The notes beneath the pieces are model-generated. The model was not told the origin of the DNA. It worked only from the letters and a program-made list of their open reading frames with translations, and searched no databases. Both the position numbers and the translations under genes were made by a program. A DNA stretch of 64,000 nt from an uncultured Clostridium sp. (lineage in GTDB: Bacteria > Bacillota > Clostridia > Lachnospirales > Lachnospiraceae), in NCBI GenBank assembly GCA_937902905.1, contig CALELW010000112.1, forward strand, positions 1,909 to 65,908, in the 5' to 3' direction. This document shows, one piece after another, positions 28,397-38,000 of the stretch (position 1 is the stretch's first letter; every line of letters starts with the position of its first letter).

Positions 28397-28771
28397 TTAC
28401 GCATTGCTTTTCTCGTCCTTAATCAATTTCACCAGCCGTATTTTTCTCTCCGGCTGCTCCGGGTTTGCCAGTTTTATAAAGTACATCAGCATTTCTTCCG
28501 GGATTACGATTTCCTCCGTTTCCCTGTCGTAATACATGCTATAATCCGAATATCCTTGCCACCGGAATCCCTCATACATTTCCATTGCCTTGTTTAATTC
28601 TCTACATCGTTTGCACTTTTTTCTTCTTGCTTTTTCAACGATACCATCAATGATTTCCAGTTCTTTTTGTGAGAGTCTCGATAAAAATGCTCTTGTTCGC
28701 ATTTTGGGGTCTTCTCTCGTTATACTGTTAATGAGGGTGTTTTTTTCTTCCTCTTGATTCATTCTCAACAT
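28397..28771 (-). CDS. Phage hypothetical protein
   Basis: 124-aa ORF in operon. Confidence 0.55.
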   Translation of the reverse strand: MLRMNQEEEKNTLINSITREDPKMRTRAFLSRLSQKELEIIDGIVEKARRKKCKRCRELNKAMEMYEGFRWQGYSDYSMYYDRETEEIVIPEEMLMYFIKLANPEQPERKIRLVKLIKDEKSNA

Positions 28772-29097
28772 TTATCCTCGCTCCTTTCGTTTTCTTCATC
28801 CACAAGCCGCTCCGGGGACAAATCAGCCTGTATCAGCATATTGTATAGACGTGAGCTGATAATTACTTTGTCAGCCATTTGCTCTTCGATTTTTTTCAGA
28901 TTGTACAACTGTCTGACTTGGTTTCCTGTTAATCCACTATCTACCGGAACCGCTGAACAGTAACCAGTACCTAATTTTGAAAAAATCTCTTTCAAGGACT
29001 CAACGCTTTTCCTGTTGGCGCTGAGTTCTTTTGTTGCTTCCCTCATTGCTTTCGTTGCTTCCTGCAACGCTTTTGTTAATTCTGATACTTCACCCAT
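28765..29097 (-). CDS. Phage hypothetical protein
   Basis: AAGGAG RBS before MGEVSEL. Confidence 0.6.
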   Translation of the reverse strand: MGEVSELTKALQEATKAMREATKELSANRKSVESLKEIFSKLGTGYCSAVPVDSGLTGNQVRQLYNLKKIEEQMADKVIISSRLYNMLIQADLSPERLVDEENERSEDKC

Positions 29098-29188
29098 CTT
29101 TTTACTCCTTTCTTGCTTTTCTCCACATCTTTCTTTATGATATATTTGTTGGTTGTGGCAATAATCAAATACCAACGGAGGTAGATTT

Positions 29189-29587
29189 ATGGATTCCAGT
29201 TTATCTATTATGATTACTATTATTGTTGCTTTGTGTTCTGTTGTGTGTCCGCTTGCCACCTCTCACATGGCAAATCGACACGACACCAAAATCCGAAGAA
29301 TGGAATATGAACACAAATTGATTGAAGACCGGTATTACCATCTTCGAGACATTTACGAGGTATATCTCAAAAATGCCGGTTCTGTCATGACTGTACCAGA
29401 AGATGCTCCATTTTCTGGTTATGGAGAATCGTATCTATTGGCTTTGATGCATTCTCCCGAAAATCTTCAAGTCAAAATGATCGAGGCAGACCGTTTATTA
29501 CAAGAACATAAATGGAAGGAAGCCCGCCCATTACTTGAAAAACTCACCCTTGACATTCGAAAAATATTACAAGAGCTGTGCATATAG
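29189..29587 (+). CDS. Moron-like membrane-anchored protein
   Basis: GGAGGT RBS, N-terminal TM, own promoter TTGCTT-N17-TATGAT at 29113-29141. Confidence 0.7.
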   Translation: MDSSLSIMITIIVALCSVVCPLATSHMANRHDTKIRRMEYEHKLIEDRYYHLRDIYEVYLKNAGSVMTVPEDAPFSGYGESYLLALMHSPENLQVKMIEADRLLQEHKWKEARPLLEKLTLDIRKILQELCI

Positions 29588-29711
29588 TGCACACCATGAT
29601 CACGTACACGACATATATTCTGAATGTCGATTTTGATTCTATTTTGTGCATTATAAACATGCATATTATTGCCACGACCCACACAAGAGCTATTAACATT
29701 ATTGTAGCCAT
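29544..29711 (-). CDS. 55-aa two-TM micro-protein
   Basis: AAAGGAG RBS; MATIMLIALVWVVAIICMF... (manual translation). Confidence 0.5.
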   Translation of the reverse strand: MATIMLIALVWVVAIICMFIMHKIESKSTFRIYVVYVIMVCTICTALVIFFECQG

Positions 29712-29715
29712 CTTC

Positions 29716-29865
29716 TCACTCCTTTCTCGCTAAATCCTGCCGCGCTTTTAATGCGCCAGCGTTTGATAAAAGAATCGCTCTATCTTCTTTACTTAATACA
29801 AGTAAGATAGATACAAATTCTTTGATGTCTTTCCGTTCCTCCGGTGTCATTACTTCTCTTTTCAT
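29716..29865 (-). CDS. 49-aa phage protein
   Basis: AGGAGGTG RBS; MKREVMTPEERKDIKEFVSILL... Confidence 0.6.
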   Translation of the reverse strand: MKREVMTPEERKDIKEFVSILLVLSKEDRAILLSNAGALKARQDLARKE

Positions 29866-29870
29866 CGCGC

Positions 29871-29954
29871 TCACCTCCTTTTCAATATGAGAATCACAGC
29901 AAAGATACTTGCTGTCATTGAAATGACGTCTAATACAATTTCGATTTTTTCCAT
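29871..29954 (-). CDS. 27-aa hydrophobic peptide MEKIEIVLDVISMTASIFAVILILKRR
   Basis: AAAGGAG RBS. Confidence 0.5.
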   Translation of the reverse strand: MEKIEIVLDVISMTASIFAVILILKRR

Positions 29955-30032
29955 TTTCTTGCTCCTTTCTTTATTGACAACGAGTGCAAAAAAGCCTATC
30001 CTAGGAGTAGGTGGGGCTTTCGCCCCTTCCTT

Positions 30033-30152
30033 TTACTCCAACAGTTTTCTTAACAAGTCTAGCAGCGAGTTTAGAAACTGTACTACGGCGGTGATTAAGA
30101 CTATTATGTATACGTCTTTTTTGCCGTCTTTTTTTGACTTCTTTTTACTCAT
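30033..30152 (-). CDS. 39-aa basic/hydrophobic peptide, first gene of the early operon
   Basis: AAAGGAG RBS; MSKKKSKKDGKKDVYIIVLITAVVQFLNSLLDLLRKLLE. Confidence 0.55.
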   Translation of the reverse strand: MSKKKSKKDGKKDVYIIVLITAVVQFLNSLLDLLRKLLE

Positions 30153-30169
30153 GTTGTTTCTCCTTTCTT

Positions 30170-30273
30170 GTTATCTTTGATTACATTATAATTATCTTTG
30201 ATTACTTTGTCAACACTTTTTTGTTATCTTTGATAACTTTTTTATTGACAAAATTAACTTTTATTGTTATTCT
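30170..30273. promoter_or_regulatory. Genetic switch: divergent promoters and three 15-bp operators
   Basis: Leftward TTGACA-N17-TATAAT (30213-30185); rightward TTGACA-N17-TATTCT (30245-30273); GTTATC-TTT-GAT(A/T)AC-type sites at 30170, 30191, 30223. Confidence 0.85.
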
Positions 30274-30290
30274 TTAATCAAAAAGGAGGT

Positions 30291-30671
30291 ATGCATATGA
30301 CGGAAAACGAGCGAGTTAAACAACTTCGCAAATCCCTTGACTTGACTCTTGAGAAGTTTGGCGATAGGTTAGGCGTTACTAAAGTCGCCATTTCGAACAT
30401 TGAAAACGGTAAGCGTGCAGTCACCGAGCAGATGTCAAAGGCGATCTGTAGAGAATTCAGTGTCAACGAGGACTGGCTTCGGAACGGTGTCGGTGATATG
30501 TTCAAACAAAGAGACGGGTCCTTTAGCGAGATGCTTTCCGAACTGGACGACTCTGACGATGATTTTATCAAATCTTTTGTTGCTGTTTACATGGAACTTG
30601 ACGAAGACAGTAAGGAAGTGCTTAGAAAAACCGCACGCAAAATGGCAGAAAAAAGAAAGAAGCCGGACTAG
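30291..30671 (+). CDS. CI-like XRE-family repressor
   Basis: RVKQLRKSLDLTLEKFGDRLGVTKVAISNIENG...VNEDWLRNG; divergent from the early operon. Confidence 0.88.
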   Translation: MHMTENERVKQLRKSLDLTLEKFGDRLGVTKVAISNIENGKRAVTEQMSKAICREFSVNEDWLRNGVGDMFKQRDGSFSEMLSELDDSDDDFIKSFVAVYMELDEDSKEVLRKTARKMAEKRKKPD

Positions 30672-30817
30672 TTGCCGGCTTCTTTGTTTTCTTTATTGAA
30701 TTTAGGAATTATGTAGTGGTATATTTTGAATAAATAATCCTCGTTATTCATTTTTTGAACCATTTCTATAATTTTCTCCTTGTACCCTATATTTGTACTT
30801 GTGCTTTGTTTGTTCAA
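30668..30817 (-). CDS. 49-aa hypothetical protein
   Basis: TTG start after purine-rich RBS; YKEKIIEMVQKMNNEDYLFKIYHYI; convergent with cI. Confidence 0.4.
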   Translation of the reverse strand: MNKQSTSTNIGYKEKIIEMVQKMNNEDYLFKIYHYIIPKFNKENKEAGN

Positions 30818-30837
30818 GTTTTAACTTCTCTCCCTTC

Positions 30838-31038
30838 TTATTCGTAAAATTCAAATAGTTCCAAAATCTCACATTCAAGAGCTTTTGATAGCCGATATGC
30901 CACTTCAAGCGATGGCTGTTCCTGTCCCCGTTCTAATTGACTGATATGTGAATCTGACACTCCGGACAGTTTTTCAAGTTTTGCCAACGTATACCCCCTT
31001 CCTGTTCGCTTGGTTTTGATATGGTTCTCGCAGCGCAT
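30838..31038 (-). CDS. Small XRE-family HTH protein
   Basis: TLAKLEKLSGVSDSHISQLERG..PSLEVAYRLSKAL. Confidence 0.8.
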   Translation of the reverse strand: MRCENHIKTKRTGRGYTLAKLEKLSGVSDSHISQLERGQEQPSLEVAYRLSKALECEILELFEFYE

Positions 31039-31215
31039 CCTAGCCACCTCCACGAGTAGTATACCCACTTTGAGCAAGATTCTTTCGCCATATTAACACA
31101 TATCTCATCCACTATGGTGGATTTTTATAAAAAATATAAATTTTGTTTACTTTTAACTAAAGTCGTGATAAAATTTTGGCATAAAATACCAATAGAAAGC
31201 GAGGAGGGAGATATT

Positions 31216-31884
31216 ATGATATGTCCTAAATGTAGCAAAGAAATACCTGACAATTCAGAATTTTGTAATCACTGTGGTGAAAAAATCACCACGCCAATTC
31301 AAGAGTCAGAACAAACGCCAAATATCAACGGTAAGCCTATCGAGGCAGAAAATAATGATATTAAATGGTCCTCAAAAAGGCCGTTTAATATTACGCTAAT
31401 TATGATAATCGTATCTGTTGTAATTGTATTCGCATATTTTTCTGTCAAAACCTCATCCGATGGCACCGCTAAGCCAACACCAGCTCCAACCTCCGAAAGT
31501 GATGATACCGATTACGATGATTATGATTTTGATTCAAGTTACGATGATTATGAAGAGGACGAGGAAACACCTGAACCAACAAAAACACCGAAGCCTGTTT
31601 CTGCCGGATGCCTGAACGCGCTTGATACAGCGGAATCGTACTTGGACTATTCTGCTTTTTCGAAAAAGGGATTGATTAAACAATTAAAATTTGAGGGATA
31701 CTCAAGTAAAGAAGCAAAATATGCCGTCAACCATGTAGATGTTAGTTGGAAAGAGCAAGCCGTCAAAATGGCAGAAAGTTATATGGATTATTCATCCTTT
31801 TCAAAAAGCGGTTTGATTAAACAGTTAAGGTATGAGGGTTTTACTAAAAAGCAGGCAGAATATGGTGTAAAACAAGCATACTAA
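31216..31884 (+). CDS. Ltp-family superinfection-exclusion-like protein with zinc ribbon and TM
   Basis: CPKC...CNHCG; TM; two repeats AESY..YS.FSK.GLIKQL..EG.....A.Y.V. Confidence 0.8.
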   Translation: MICPKCSKEIPDNSEFCNHCGEKITTPIQESEQTPNINGKPIEAENNDIKWSSKRPFNITLIMIIVSVVIVFAYFSVKTSSDGTAKPTPAPTSESDDTDYDDYDFDSSYDDYEEDEETPEPTKTPKPVSAGCLNALDTAESYLDYSAFSKKGLIKQLKFEGYSSKEAKYAVNHVDVSWKEQAVKMAESYMDYSSFSKSGLIKQLRYEGFTKKQAEYGVKQAY

Positions 31885-31917
31885 AATTTAACACAGCAAA
31901 AAGAAGGAGGCGATTAC

Positions 31918-32220
31918 ATGGCAAGTTATGAAGAAAAACAAACTAAAAAATACCTTGAATATCATGATGGGATTTATTTTGGTATAGGTTGCGTGCTCGG
32001 CACATTGTGTCATACTCTTTTTACATTTTGCTGGGGAGAAATACATTACATCATGTTTTTCGCCGCTATACTTACAATAATGTACTCACTTATCCAAACA
32101 CATCGACGCAATTCATACGCTCCTTACAGAGACAAAAAGATAGAAGGGTTTGATATATTTTGTATCCTTCTTGGTATTGTATTGACGATTCTTGTTATTT
32201 ACAAAGTACGCTTATACTAA
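31918..32220 (+). CDS. Three-TM membrane protein
   Basis: GGAGG RBS; hydrophobic segments. Confidence 0.65.
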   Translation: MASYEEKQTKKYLEYHDGIYFGIGCVLGTLCHTLFTFCWGEIHYIMFFAAILTIMYSLIQTHRRNSYAPYRDKKIEGFDIFCILLGIVLTILVIYKVRLY

Positions 32221-32246
32221 AAAAAGAGGGGAAGCCCCTCTTTTTT
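32219..32246. terminator. Bidirectional terminator
   Basis: A-run GAGGGG-AAG-CCCCTC T-run between convergent genes. Confidence 0.85.
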
Positions 32247-33150
32247 AGTACGTCAATTTTTGTTTTTTATTTAGCAGCATATAACTTATTTTAAGCGCCG
32301 ACAATCTGATTTTGTTTCCTGTTGTACTTCCCTCATGCGTAATTAAACCGAAGTACGTTCTGTTGTCGGAACTGTCTACTCCTGGGCCTATATAATTAAC
32401 CTGACCGTCTCCATTTCCGTATATCTGTACCACCGTGGCATCTGTTGGGATTTGATATAATTCACCGCTTGGCATCAGAGGCTTGACTTCATAAGATTTT
32501 CCCTTTTCCATCCATATGTCAATGTTTTTCGCCGTTACGTCAACAATCTTGTTTCCGTTTAATTCTAACACATTTACGATTACCTGCGAATCCGGTCTCT
32601 CATAAAACTTGGTCGCACTGCTTTCCGCTTCCTGAGATACAAAAACCGCGCCTTTGCTGCTTTTGTATTCCACGGCCGAGTTTTGCAGATTGTCAACAGT
32701 CGCAAATTCGCGGGAATCATGGATGTTTTCCGTCTTGATTTTTGTAGCTGCTGCCGGAATTGATACCATCGCCAGTGGTATCTCCTTGATTGTTGATGTG
32801 TCCACCGGTTTCGGCAAGATAGCACTATCATCGCCCTTGACTACTTCAAAAGATACTTTTCGGTTCACAAAGTCCGCGCGTGCCACAATCAAGTCAAGAC
32901 GTATACTGCTTTCATTCGCCGGTGGGATGGTAAGTGCTAACTGCTCCGTGTTCCATATCCACTTTCTTCCGACGATAGCTTTGCCGGTGCCGATAAGTAC
33001 CTGCATTTTGTCGCACGCCGTCGCCTCCAACTGCGCGCCCAGCCCACGGATTACTCCGTCTGATACAAGGCCGTCGTACATACACGCCAAATCTTCCGCG
33101 CTATATACACGGTCACCTTCCTTTGAATCAAAAAAACCATATTTAACCAT
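32245..33150 (-). CDS. Baseplate/receptor-binding-like tail protein
   Basis: GFFDS..GDRVYSAED...RLDLIV...EIPLA.V...I.DSR; last gene of the tail operon. Confidence 0.65.
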   Translation of the reverse strand: MVKYGFFDSKEGDRVYSAEDLACMYDGLVSDGVIRGLGAQLEATACDKMQVLIGTGKAIVGRKWIWNTEQLALTIPPANESSIRLDLIVARADFVNRKVSFEVVKGDDSAILPKPVDTSTIKEIPLAMVSIPAAATKIKTENIHDSREFATVDNLQNSAVEYKSSKGAVFVSQEAESSATKFYERPDSQVIVNVLELNGNKIVDVTAKNIDIWMEKGKSYEVKPLMPSGELYQIPTDATVVQIYGNGDGQVNYIGPGVDSSDNRTYFGLITHEGSTTGNKIRLSALKISYMLLNKKQKLTY

Positions 33151-33163
33151 CTTGTTGCCTCCT

Positions 33164-34174
33164 TTATATTTTTTCACAACTGAGTACGAAATTATTTCCG
33201 TTCTCGTCGTTGTTTTCTGTGATTTGTGACACCCGAACGGCCACTTTATCACCGTATGGGTCAATGACTGTCACGATGTCTCCCAAGGCGAAATCGATTC
33301 CGTATTGAAAGATTCCGTCCGGGTCAATCTCTACCGTTACCGTTTCCGCTGTTTTCTTTTCTGCAAGTGCTGTCGTTCCCTCGCCCTGAAGTGTTTTCTG
33401 ATACTCTTCGTCCGTGATGGTTCCTTCGTTTGTACTTGAAGAACTTTTATCCAGATACATTTCGCACCTGTTAAGTGTTGCGCCGGCGCAAATGGCTGTT
33501 GTTTTTTGAGCCGTTCCCTCGCCTTCGCCCACCACAAGTACCGTGTTCCGGAAGTCTGTATCGTCTGCCGTATATTCCATTTGCGATAGATTGTCAAATT
33601 CCCGGCTAAAAATTACCTCCGTTTTTTTGCCGTGGTACAAATCCATATACAGCGCGTACCCGTAACGGCGTACACGAAAGCCCATCTTTGCCAAGTCCAT
33701 CATTTCTTTAATTGTGTCATATATGTATTCGCCTCGAAGCTGTCTCTGTGTGGTTTGCCCTGCTGCCTCGATGGTGCCGATTTTTAGCAATGGGATATTT
33801 CGACTCGTGTCCGTGGCATCCGTCACATTCTGCTCGATCAACAACCTCACTGCCGCTCCAATATCCGTATCGATATTTGTTTGCTCCCAGACGATACGGC
33901 GATTCAATAGCGCTTCCGCACTTCGTCCGGTCACCACGATATAATCCCCCGACTCCGGATTTGTCTTTGTTTGGATTTTCTCGATCATCATCACGCTTTC
34001 CGATTCTTCTCTCAACACAAACACTCCGGAGCGGAACAGATTCAATAATTCAAGCGTTGCCGGCACCGTGATTTCAAATTCGCCTAAATCATTATACTTT
34101 TGCGTCCATATGACACTGCCGTGGTCTATCATTCCAATTTCCGTCAGCGTTTCGTCCGTAATATAAACAATCAT
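33164..34174 (-). CDS. Tal/baseplate hub-like protein (Gp37-like)
   Basis: WTQKYNDLGEFEI...GEGEG...YGIDFALGDIV; follows Dit. Confidence 0.75.
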   Translation of the reverse strand: MIVYITDETLTEIGMIDHGSVIWTQKYNDLGEFEITVPATLELLNLFRSGVFVLREESESVMMIEKIQTKTNPESGDYIVVTGRSAEALLNRRIVWEQTNIDTDIGAAVRLLIEQNVTDATDTSRNIPLLKIGTIEAAGQTTQRQLRGEYIYDTIKEMMDLAKMGFRVRRYGYALYMDLYHGKKTEVIFSREFDNLSQMEYTADDTDFRNTVLVVGEGEGTAQKTTAICAGATLNRCEMYLDKSSSSTNEGTITDEEYQKTLQGEGTTALAEKKTAETVTVEIDPDGIFQYGIDFALGDIVTVIDPYGDKVAVRVSQITENNDENGNNFVLSCEKI

Positions 34175-34176
34175 CG

Positions 34177-35010
34177 TTATACCCCCTCATACAGCACCCG
34201 ATACGTTACATCCATGATGTAACCGGTCGGTGTGTCCACTTCAACACGGTAATGGTTGGCTCCCGGTTCTACCTGCGCCCATGTCATGCCGGAGATGCGT
34301 TTCGGCAAAAGATTCGTCACCGTTCCGCCACGTTCTAGCCATATCGCCTTTTCTTTCGTGGTCGTCCGGATGTATACGTTATCAAACGCTTCTAAGTGTT
34401 CTTTTATGCCTAAGAATCCGCTATCTGTGTATATCGCAAGGCTTTCGGTCGGCGCTGTAATCGATATGTGAAACAGTGCTCCGGATGGCACCGTTCCCGG
34501 ATTGTTCAACACAAAGCCACCCGTAGCAATTTCAGACATTTCCATATCTTCGGCAGAGTACGGAAATTCAAGCAATGGTATCTCCGGAACACATGAGAAC
34601 ACTCCCGTTTCCTGCGTATCGACAAAGAACGGATTCGGACATAGTATGGATATTTGAAATGTTTCCCTCATTACAAATAAATCTATCTCCATGCTTTCTA
34701 CATAACCATCGATATATACGCTTCTGGTGCCATTTTCATAAAACAGTCTAATCTTCTTTTTTTCCGGAAAATATCGATACAGCACATTGCGGTTTTCCTC
34801 AATCGGGTACTCCGGGATAATCGTTATCGTGATGTTGCGTTTATTGATACGGATGGAGTTGAGTTCTTCTCCATCCATCCCGGTAACTGCCGCTGTGTTG
34901 ATGGTACATCCCGCCGGTGTCAATCCGGTAATTTTAACAACGTTATAGTTCGGGTTGTCTGTCAGTTCCAGCACCTCGCCTTTGTCGTTTTGTACACTAA
35001 ATTCAAACAT
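34177..35010 (-). CDS. Distal tail protein (Dit)
   Basis: Follows TMP; ITGL, DG....RNITI, IDGYVE, CPNPFF, PGAN. Confidence 0.8.
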   Translation of the reverse strand: MFEFSVQNDKGEVLELTDNPNYNVVKITGLTPAGCTINTAAVTGMDGEELNSIRINKRNITITIIPEYPIEENRNVLYRYFPEKKKIRLFYENGTRSVYIDGYVESMEIDLFVMRETFQISILCPNPFFVDTQETGVFSCVPEIPLLEFPYSAEDMEMSEIATGGFVLNNPGTVPSGALFHISITAPTESLAIYTDSGFLGIKEHLEAFDNVYIRTTTKEKAIWLERGGTVTNLLPKRISGMTWAQVEPGANHYRVEVDTPTGYIMDVTYRVLYEGV

Positions 35011-38000
35011 TGCTTACACCTCCCAGTAAATTCCTTGACTGTCTGTAAATATCCCACCGACTCAGTGCTTTTGGACTGTTGTTCGTCTGGTAGAAGTTGT
35101 ATGTATTCGTCGTGGCTGCTGCCGCTTTCTCGATACTCCTTGCTCCTCTTGCGGCCACATCCAAGTTTGCCGTAGCGGCGGCGTTCTTCATTGGATTTAC
35201 CACGTTTTCTCTCACCCTCTGCATCATCTGCCGGAGTGCCGGGAGTTTTCTTTCAATACCTTTTGTCAATCCCGGAATAATGAATACACCCGCTTCTCTG
35301 TCCATTACTTTGGATGGTGAGTGGATTCCCAGCTCTTTTTTGATACTGCTCACCAGTGTCTTTTTTAACTGTTTCGCTGACTTATTCAGTTCCGCACTCT
35401 TTGAATTGAATCCTTTCACAAATCCTTTCATTGCATTTTCCCCGATGCTTTCAAGCTGCTTTTCCAGTCCTGCCATCACCGTTTTGACCTGTTTTGTGTA
35501 ATTGTCTTTGATTTGTTTTACGCGTTCCGCATAGTAAGTGTTTGCCACTTTTTTCGACGCATTGATTTTATCCGTGTACGCCTTGTTGTATGCCGCGAGT
35601 TCTTGTTTATTTAATGACAGCAACTTCGTTGTCAAATCAAGTCCGTCTGATGTATCAAGGGCGGCAATTTCCGTCATCAGTTCGGAGGAAAGCGTTTTCT
35701 TTAACGCTTCCATGTTTTTACCGTACTGGATAATCTTCGCCGTCTCTGATTTGAAATCAGCAAGCGTAATCTTTCCGTCATCATCCTTCGTAAACAGATC
35801 ACCGCTTGATAATCTGCTCTGCAAGTCATCCTGCAGCTCTTTTACCGCGTCGTACTTTTCTTGTACGGATGAGGTCATGGATTCTATCTTTTTCTGTACC
35901 TTCTCCGCCGCTTTTTCTGCTGCCTTTGAGAAAGCCGTCGAGAAAGATTCCGCTAGGTTTTCACCCAGTTTCTTAAAGCTCTCCTTTGACTTTTTGTTTT
36001 TTGTCTCCTTTTGTGCTTTTTTTACTGCCCGGTCAACGAGTTTCTTGACCGCTTTCTCTGCTTTCTGCTCCTGCTTCGTGATGCCGTTCGCATACGCTTC
36101 CGAAACCTTTGTACCTATGTCTTCATATTTGCCCGTCTTATTTGCCTTTTTAAGTTGTGACAAAGATTTCTTTGCCAGCGCCGTAATGGCTCTTCCTACA
36201 GTATCATATGCCTTTTCGATACCTTTAGCGGTCCCGATTGTGAAGTACTTACCAATTTCCTCTGTCTTTTTTGATGGGGAATGGATTTCGAGCTTTTCTT
36301 TAAGTTTCGACAGCATGCTATCCGCCAGCTTTCCAACCTTTCCTATCAATCCACTGCTCTGTTTTCCTTCTTCCATTCCAGTTTTCAAGCCTTTTACAAA
36401 GTTTTCGCCGGCTTCTTTTGATTTGATGCCCTTCATTTTCTTTTCGACCAGCTTCGAAATGTCTTCCGCTGATTTTCCGGCTTTATTTTTTCCAAGTTCC
36501 AGACCTTCTTTGTATTCTTTTGTTGTCTTTTGCCCGGATTTCTTAGCTTTTTTCTCAAATTTCTTTAGTGCCTTGTCGGAAGCCTGCATCAGGTACTTTG
36601 CATTGTTCACGTCTTCCTTCGTGATACCGGCTTTTCCTTCTTTAAATTGTTTATTCAGGTTTTCGTACTGTTTTTTTGTATTTTCAACCTGATTTTTGAG
36701 TGATTTTTCTGTTCCGTTTTCTGCCGTAATAAAGTTATTGACCATTTTCGTCAATTCTTTTTTTATTTTTTTGTTGTTACCCGATGCAGCGGCCACTGAA
36801 AGAGCTTCCCAATTTGTTATTGTTGTGCAATATTGCGAGTACTGTTTTTCCGCATTTTCAAATGTTTTTTTATTCTTTTTTTCCTGCTCTCTCAGCTTCT
36901 TTTCGTTTTCCCTAGCTGCTTCTAGTTCTTGATTGTATCGTCTCGACCCACTTATTTGGCCCGCGCGTCCACCTCCTGCCTCTTTAATGTATCGTTCCAA
37001 CTTCTTGACATCTTGTGCCGCTTTTAGCTCTTTTTTGGCTGTCTCTAATTTTTTTTGAGTTTCTTTCAAGTTCGCTTCAGCATCGCCTTTATTTGTTGCT
37101 GCTTTGCTTTTATTTGTCACCGCTTTGGTATACGAATCTTTATATGTATCCAGTATTAATTGCGCTTTTTTTGTCTCTATTAACTTATCAATCGACTTTT
37201 TTTCTTTCTCGTAATTTTTTATAACCCGCCCGGTCATTTTTAACTCTGTGCCGAGTGCGTCATTCAAAGTTGTAACAATAAATTTTGCACGGTCTTTCTG
37301 ACTTTTCTTTACCTTGCCATTTTTGTCCACCATATCATCAAGCTCGTCTTTGAGCTTTTTATAGTAGTCAAATTGTGCTGTTGTATCTGATACGGACTTG
37401 TCTCTTGCTTCTTTGAGGTCTTTCCACTCTTTTGTCATTTCATCAACGGACTTTTTCGTTTTGTCGTGTTTTTCAATCATTTTATCAATGGATTCACTCT
37501 CTTTGTCCGTTGCTTTCGTTGCACCTTTGGTTGCTGCTGCATACAACGCCAATCCACCCACCACGGCACCGATTCCTGCCGCAAGCAGTCCCATCGGGCT
37601 GGCCGCTTGTATTAAGTTCAAAATCTTTTGTGCTGCTGCGGTTGATGCAATGGCTGTCTTTAACGTTACAAAAGTCGCGTACGCGGTTTTTAACACCTCA
37701 ATAAATTTCATGAGTTTCACGAAAGCAAATGCGATACCAAGTGCACCTCCGAGTATTACTATCTTTTTTTTAAGTTCGTCCGTATGTTCAATTGCATAAT
37801 TTGCAAATTCCTCCACCTTTGGCAACAACTTTTTCGCCAAAGGCTCAAATAATTCCAATTGCAGTGTGCGGCCGATTTCCTTGTATTTTGAGGCAACATC
37901 ATCATACTTTACTTCTTTTAACTTTTCCGCAGAGCCTTGCACTTTTTTGAACGTTTTGCCGGTACTCTTTAATGACTTAACCACCTTCAAGTTGGCGTCC

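Noticed and set aside
30170..30237. CRISPR-like mini-array
   Set aside because: 15-bp dyads with 6- and 17-bp gaps overlapping promoters are operators; no cas genes
32245..33150. Diversity-generating retroelement or invertible tail-fibre cassette
   Set aside because: No reverse transcriptase, invertase or TR/VR repeat seen in the window
35538..36692. 384-aa + strand ORF and similar antisense ORFs (e.g. 20812-21531, 32654-33229)
   Set aside because: Shadow frames of Lys/Glu-rich genes, F/S/L-rich, with no RBS or motif support
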